A stretch of DNA of 63,482 nt, counting the filler, from Thraustochytrium aureum (taxonomy: Eukaryota): the NCBI GenBank assembly GCA_012862495.1. It is 8 parts of 4 records of this genome, joined end to end, with 100 filler letters (N's around TTAATTAATTAA, not from the genome) between each part and the next. Parts side by side here need not be neighbours in the genome. Positions count along the whole stretch, not along the records: positions 50,569 to 60,619 come from BLSG01000179.1; positions 60,720 to 63,482 come from BLSG01000179.1; 6 more parts are not named here. One strand, written 5' to 3'. The notes under the pieces were generated by a model. That model made no database searches. It worked only from the letters and a program-made list of their open reading frames with translations, and had not been told where the DNA came from. Shown piece by piece: positions 57,897 through 63,482 of this stretch (within the stretch, counting starts at the first letter, position 1; each line of letters begins with the position of its first letter). A program made the position numbers and the translations under genes.

Positions 57897-60264
57897 ATGC
57901 GTTCGAGCGAGAAGAAGCGGAAGAAGAAGGCGCGGCGCGATGCGCGCAGGGCGTCCGAGCAGGGCGACGAGGACGCGGGGCGAGGACGCGGGGCTGGGGC
58001 AGGCAGGAGGTGCAAGGGCTTGGGGAAGAAGACCCAGGCGAAGGGCTCGAAGATCCACTCGCCGAGGCGCTGTGCGGGCTGCTGAAGGAGCTCTCGGTTG
58101 GCGGGCAAGAGGACGAGGAGGAGGGCGTGGAGGTGGGAAAGGACGTGGAGTTTCAGGTGGTGGAGGCTCCTGCTGCGACGAAGCGAGAACGCGTGGAGCG
58201 GAATCGCGCGCTAGTGAACCCGCGCGCGATGCGGGCGTGCGGGGTGAGCGCAGGGGCGCTGGTGACGGTCGAGAAGGTTGGGAGTGGCGCTCGCGCGCTG
58301 GCCACCGCATGGCCGCATGAAGCGCTTGACGAGGACCAGGTGCAGCTCAGCCGCACGGTTCGCGCGTGCCTCGACGCGGCGGCTGGGCCGGCAGAAGGCG
58401 GCTTGCGAGTGGTCATGCGCGCGCTACTTCCCGCGGGCGAGGGCAGCGGGGCCCCTCTCGGGCCCTGCGCCAAGGCGTCGGTCGCTGTGGAAGGGGCCGA
58501 CAAGTGGTCGCGCTTGGCAGCCGCACAAAGCGTGAAACAGGCGCACGTGCCAAACTATATCAAGCAAGTGCTGCTGTCGCAGCCAATTGTGGCGCCGGGC
58601 ACTGCGCTCGGGATCGTGCTGAACGGGTACTTTTGCCTCGTTCGCATCACGGCCCTGTGGACAGTCACGCAAGCAGACAACCCGGCGGCAGAGGCTCAGC
58701 GCCCGGAAAGCTATGCGAGACGGACCAGCCCGTATACACGCACCCGGGGATGGAGATCGACATCCAGGCAGCCGCCACTGGGGCGCCGCCGACGCTGACG
58801 AGCACGCCGTCACCGGCACCAGGCCCGAGCGACGGCGACACCCGGTCCGAACCGCCGGCGCCAACTGCGCCACTCGCTGTCGGCGGCCTGTCGCAACAAG
58901 TACAGCAAGTGCATCAGGTCCTTGGCGCTGCGCTTGGCGAGCACGCGACCGNNNNNNNNNNNNNNNNNNNNNNNNNNNNNNNNNNNNNNNNNNNNNNNNN
59001 NNNNNNNNNNNNNNNNNNNNNNNNNNNNNNNNNNNNNNNNNNNNNNNNNNNNNNNNNNNNNNNNNNNNNNNNNNNNNNNNNNNNNNNNNNNNNNNNNNNN
59101 NNNNNNNNNNNNNNNNNNNNNNNNNNNNNNNNNNNNNNNNNNNNNNNNNNNNNNNNNNNNNNNNNNNNNNNNNNNNNNNNNNNNNNNNNNNNNNNNNNNN
59201 NNNNNNNNNNNNNNNNNNNNNNNNNNNNNNNNNNNNNNNNNNNNNNNNNNNNNNNNNNNNNNNNNNNNNNNNNNNNNNNNNNNNNNNNNNNNNNNNNNNN
59301 NNNNNNNNNNNNNNNNNNNNNNNNNNNNNNNNNNNNNNNNNNNNNNNNNNNNNNNNNNNNNNNNNNNNNNNNNNNNNNNNNNNNNNNNNNNNNNNNNNNN
59401 NNNNNNNNNNNNNNNNNNNNNNNNNNNNNNNNNNNNNNNNNNNNNNNNNNNNNNNNNNNNNNNNNNNNNNNNNNNNNNNNNNNNNNNNNNNNNNNNNNNN
59501 NNNNNNNNNNNNNNNNNNNNNNNNNNNNNNNNNNNNNNNNNNNNNNNNNNNNNNNNNNNNNNNNNNNNNNNNNNNNNNNNNNNNNNNNNNNNNNNNNNNN
59601 NNNNNNNNNNNNNNNNNNNNNNNNNNNNNNNNNNNNNNNNNNNNNNNNNNNNNNNNNNNNNNNNNNNNNNNNNNNNNNNNNNNNNNNNNNNNNNNNNNNN
59701 NNNNNNNNNNNNNNNNNNNNNNNNNNNNNNNNNNNNNNNNNNNNNNNNNNNNNNNNNNNNNNNNNNNNNNNNNNNNNNNNNNNNNNNNNNNNNNNNNNNN
59801 NNNNNNNNNNNNNNNNNNNNNNNNNNNNNNNNNNNNNNNNNAGCCAGCTGCTGCTCGAGATGGACGGCCTCGAGGCGCGCAAGCGGGTGGTCGTGGTTGC
59901 AGCGACGAACCGCCCGGACGTGCTTGACCCGGCCCTGATGCGCCCTGGCCGCCTTGACCGCAAGATCTACGTCCCGCCCCCAGACCGCGCAGCGCGGCGC
60001 GAGATTCTGGCGATTCACTCGCGCAAGATGACGCTCGCTCCGGACGTAAACCTTGATGCGTTGGCCGCGGCGCCAACCGAGGGCCACAGCGGCGCAGAGC
60101 TCGCGGCAATATGCCGCGAAGCTGCGATGGCTGCCTTGCAGGAGAGCATGGACGCCACGGCCGTTTGCGCGCGGCACTTTGAGGTTGCTTGTGCAGCTGT
60201 GGGTCGGCAGATCACCCCGGAGATGCTTGCGTTCTACGCCTCGATGGAGGTCTCCTGCTGCTGA
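57897..60264 (+). CDS. AFG2/SPATA5 (Drg1)-like double AAA+ ATPase; central part in gap
   Basis: Basic N-terminus [14 protein letters not shown]48-type N domain ([21 protein letters not shown]...AWP), D1 start VGGLSQQV, and D2 [10 protein letters not shown]...[33 protein letters not shown]...[15 protein letters not shown]. The subfamily call is inferred. Confidence 0.8.
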
Positions 60265-60619
60265 TGGGATTGTAAATGCAAAGAGAATTGGCGCCGTTTC
60301 GTTGATCTTTTCGATGTCGCGGTCGCGCCTCCCGTCTCGTTTTGCGTGCCACTTGCCGTGAGTTGCGGGGGAACAGCCCAACTACGCCGAAGAGACCAGC
60401 GCCGTTTCTTTCGTCGTTTGGAGGTCGCGCCTCCGTCTTTTGGCGCGTTAGTATGTGCTCCTAGTAAAACCACATGGGGAGAACCAGCGCCTGCTCCTGC
60501 TCTGGCCTCTCGAGAGCTAGCTAGCTAGAGGTCTTGCAGGGCGAAACGGAGGTCTCCCGGAGTTGCGGGCTACTGTGCGGGGACTTGCACGGCGAGGCGC
60601 GCGAGCGCGCCAGAGAGCA

Positions 60620-60719
60620 NNNNNNNNNNNNNNNNNNNNNNNNNNNNNNNNNNNNNNNNNNNNTTAATTAATTAANNNNNNNNNNNNNNNNNNNNNNNNN
60701 NNNNNNNNNNNNNNNNNNN
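60620..60719. other. Artificial scaffold linker
   Basis: N44-TTAATTAATTAA(60664-60675)-N44. Confidence 0.97.
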
Positions 60720-61277
60720 GCACCGAGGACACGACGCCCGCGATGGCCCTGCCCGGCCATGACCGCCTGGGGTCAGGCGTCCATCTGGCGCTTGCTGGCT
60801 CGCGTAGCGGAACGTGGCGTCTTGCAAGGCGGCGGCTGAGCAGCCCAGGAGGGCCAAGCACACTGCAAAGACCGCGAACAGGTCATCGGGCGAAGAAAAC
60901 GCGGCGAGCGCCCCGGCGATCAGGACCACAAGGACGCCGGTTGTGGCAACGCCGGCGACCAGAACGCCCCGTGACGCCGCGCGCCGGCTCGGCCGCCAAG
61001 ACAGCAAGGCGAGGAACAAGAACGCCGCGCCAAGATAGTACGCCGAGAACGCGCTCGCAAACCGCACCTGCAGCGCTGGGGCCTCCTGGAAGGCAGCGTC
61101 CAGGTACCCCACCACGTTCATGTACGCATTCCTGCACGAGGCGCGAAACGAACGAGCGCATCCGTCAGGCGCTCAGCCCGTGCCATCCGCCGCCGCTCGC
61201 GCCCCAACGTACCACGGAAACAGCATCGCCACGCCCAGGCCGGCCAGGGCCAGCGTGCGCGTCCCCCAGGCGCCCAT
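60720..61277 (-). CDS. Equilibrative nucleoside transporter (ENT/SLC29), N-terminal part; exons 61277-61213 and 61131-60720
   Basis: Exon 1 MGAWGTRTLALAGLGVAMLFP(W) spliced to (W)NAYMNVVGYL rebuilds the ENT G...LhPWN motif. Further TMs follow, then LGCSAAALQDATFRYAS...T(Q)AVMAGQG, typical of ENT TM4-5. Confidence 0.8.
61132..61212 (-). other. 81-bp spliceosomal intron in the ENT gene
   Basis: Donor TG|GTACGT, branch-like CCTGAC, pyrimidine-rich tract and acceptor TGCAG|G; removal restores the conserved PWN in frame. Confidence 0.85.
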
Positions 61278-61736
61278 CCCAATCCGCGTCTGCCCGCACG
61301 CGCTCACCCATCCAAAACAACAAAACCAAAACCACAAAAACCCAAAAAAGCCCAGTCCCCCAGGAACGTTCCTATGTTCTCCCGCTTCACGAACAAATCT
61401 AATAGCTCTGCGAGAGGGAGGCAACTATCACCTCAGAATTCAGCTTGCCTTCCGAGAGAGACTCTTGACATACGATTGCTCAAGTTCAAGCAGGGGCGCA
61501 GAGGGCGCCAAGGACCTTCCTCTGCGCCGCGAGAAGGGAGGGGCGGGAGGCCTCCCTCGGGGCCCTGCGGCTCTGGCTCCCTGGACTGCCTCTGCCCGCG
61601 ATCGGCTCTTGACTGCTTCCAACGCAAAGTCGCTTGGGCCGACTGATTCGGGAATCACGACATCCCAAAGCAGCTTCCTTGTTGTTCCTTCGGCCAGAGT
61701 GGGGACGAGATTCCAGCTCATCGCGAGAGTGCATGT

Positions 61737-61862
61737 TGCGTGCGTGCGTGCGTGCGCGCCTGCGTGCATGGACTGCGCCGAGCGCCCTGCGGCGGAGTGC
61801 ATCATGGACGCCAGCGTGCCCGCCCGCCCGCCTGCCTGCCTGCCTGCCTGCCCGCCTGCTGG
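61737..61862. repeat. (GCGT)n and (GCCT)n tetranucleotide microsatellites, non-coding; similar tract at about 62445-62476
   Basis: TGCGTGCGTGCGTGCGTGCG and CCTGCCTGCCTGCCTGCCTG are visible directly. Confidence 0.85.
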
Positions 61863-62616
61863 CTTGTTGGCTGGCCGGCGGCTGGCTCGCGAGCTCATCA
61901 GCCCCCCTAAATTCCAGTACTTTCTACNNNNNNNNNNNNNNNNNNNNNNNNNNNNNNNNNNNNNNNNNNNNNNNNNNNNNNNNNNNNNNNNNNNNNNNNN
62001 NNNNNNNNNNNNNNNNNNNNNNNNNNNNNNNNNNNNNNNNNNNNNNNNNNNNNNNNNNNNNNNNNNNNNNNNNNNNNNNNNNNNNNNNNNNNNNNNNNNN
62101 NNNNNNNNNNNNNNNNNNNNNNNNNNNNNNNNNNNNNNNNNNNNNNNNNNNNNNNNNNNNNNNNNNNNNNNNNNNNNNNNNNNNNNNNNNNNNNNNNNNN
62201 NNNNNNNNNNNNNNNNNNNNNNNNNNNNNNNNNNNNNNNNNNNNNNNNNNNNNNNNNNNNNNNNNNNNNNNNNNNNNNNNNNNNNNNNNNNNNNNNNNNN
62301 NNNNNNNNNNNNNNNNNNNNNNNNNNNNNNNNNNNNCTCGCTCCCTCCAGTGAGGCGTCAAGCACGAGCAGGGGCAGTCGAACATCGGCACCGCGAAGGA
62401 GCTCGCGAGCGAGCGTCCTGTGACGCGGACGCGGACCAAGTCGCTTGCCTGCGTGCTTGCGTGCGTGCCTGCCTGCCGCTCGTGCGAGCAAGGGCGCGCC
62501 CGTGGCTCAGGCCTGCGCAGCGAGGGCGCTCGAGGAGCTGCTGCTGGCGCCGCTGGTGCGGGGGTTGGGCGTGCTTGTCGCACGGGGTGGGCCCGGCCGA
62601 CGCGGTCAGACGCGCG

Positions 62617-63363
62617 ATGGCCAGCCTCGCCAGGAGGAAGGGCAGGACGGTGTGCGACTCGTTCGAAGCGAATGAAAAGTCCTTCGGGATGTGCCGCGCG
62701 TGCGGGTTCACGCTGGCGGACCACCTCGGAGGTGCAGAGTCGGACGAGGACTTTGACCTCGACGACGTGCCGCCGCCCCCCAGCGAGGAACACGGCGGGG
62801 ACGAGAGCGGCGCGGGCGGGCAGACGCAGCGCCCATGCCACAACTTTACCTGGAAGCTGGACAAGAACGGGAGCGGGCTGTGCGAGTGCGGGTTCGCGAA
62901 GGAGGACCACGGCGCCGACGACAAGTCGACGTCCTCGCGGCTCTCCAAGCGGTTGAGCAGCCTGGCGCAGCGCATGAGCCAGCGGTTCTCATTGACACGG
63001 GGCAAAGTGGTACTGTCAAAGCCCAAGGGCACGCCCTGCGAGAAGTTTGCGCTCAACCTCATGGGCGAGCAGTATGGCCTGTGCAAGTGCGGCTTCGATC
63101 GGAACGAGCACGACCGCGCCAACCGGGTTCGCGAGGAACAAAAGTTGACCGCCAAGATGCAAATGGAGAAAGAAAAGGCCGAGAGGGCCTTGCGCGGCGC
63201 CAGGCAGGAAGCGTGCAAGAACTTTGACCTCGACCTGACAAACAAGGAGGGCTACGGGTACTGCAAGTGCGGCTTTCGCCGCGACCAGCACATGGACTTC
63301 TCCGCCAAGGCCGCTTTCGTCGGCGTGCGGGAGACCCTGACGGCGCCCAAGGAGTTTGAGTAG
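62617..63363 (+). CDS. 248-aa protein with four C-x2-F-x9/11-C-x1/2-CGF-x4-H putative zinc-binding repeats
   Basis: Repeats at 62653-62724, 62836-62910, 63037-63111 and 63214-63291; strong C/G third-position bias; stop TAG at 63361-63363. Start ATG 62617 is inferred. Confidence 0.8.
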   Translation: MASLARRKGRTVCDSFEANEKSFGMCRACGFTLADHLGGAESDEDFDLDDVPPPPSEEHGGDESGAGGQTQRPCHNFTWKLDKNGSGLCECGFAKEDHGADDKSTSSRLSKRLSSLAQRMSQRFSLTRGKVVLSKPKGTPCEKFALNLMGEQYGLCKCGFDRNEHDRANRVREEQKLTAKMQMEKEKAERALRGARQEACKNFDLDLTNKEGYGYCKCGFRRDQHMDFSAKAAFVGVRETLTAPKEFE

Positions 63364-63482
63364 CGTTCGGCCTGGCGCCAGGCGCCTGGCCGGCCGCCGC
63401 CGGACTGGCACGCGCATTCAGTTGCGGTGCCCTGGCGCCTCCGCCGCCGGCTCTCTGGGCGCGCTGCGCCGCTCGTCTCGCT

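Noticed and set aside
1..60264. URB1, AFG2-like, RluB-like and GatB as a ribosome/translation gene cluster
   Set aside because: They are spread over different scaffold pieces and compartments and interleaved with unrelated genes; no evidence beyond chance.
15317..60719. Seven identical TTAATTAATTAA palindromes, considered as a biological repeat, att site or CRISPR-like element
   Set aside because: Each is flanked by exactly 44 N per side (100 bp total) and has stops in all six frames, which marks an assembly spacer.

Overview
Eukaryotic, GC-rich, intron-poor draft DNA, most likely a thraustochytrid/labyrinthulomycete (inferred from a single-chain fungal-type FAS, near-intronless genes and GCGT/GCCT microsatellites; not proven). 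The window is eight scaffold pieces joined by seven artificial 100-bp linkers (N44-TTAATTAATTAA-N44). It has many internal N gaps and many frameshifts, mostly in homopolymer runs, so most genes are partial or split across frames. Genes in order: URB1/NPA1 C-terminal part; a giant HECT E3 ligase with ILEI/PANDER-, SPRY-, Tudor-, PA- and Mib-SH3-like modules; a fused type I fatty acid synthase (AT-ER-DH-MPT-ACP-KR-KS); a polycystin-1/REJ-GPS-like receptor with an array of divergent and canonical fibronectin type II-like repeats; gamma-glutamyl phosphate reductase with a hydrophobic C-terminal tail; a DUSP-MYND-USP deubiquitinase; a long coiled-coil/PH protein; propionyl-CoA carboxylase alpha; GatB; a lower-GC orphan gene; RFT1; an acidic fragment; an RluB/RsuA-type pseudouridine synthase; an AFG2/SPATA5-like AAA ATPase; an ENT nucleoside transporter with an 81-bp intron; and a small protein with four C-C-C-H repeats. 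No rRNA, tRNA, CRISPR or recognisable transposon was seen. The best novelty candidates are the FN2-variant receptor and the HECT ligase carrying normally extracellular modules. All domain calls were made by eye from motifs; no searches were run.
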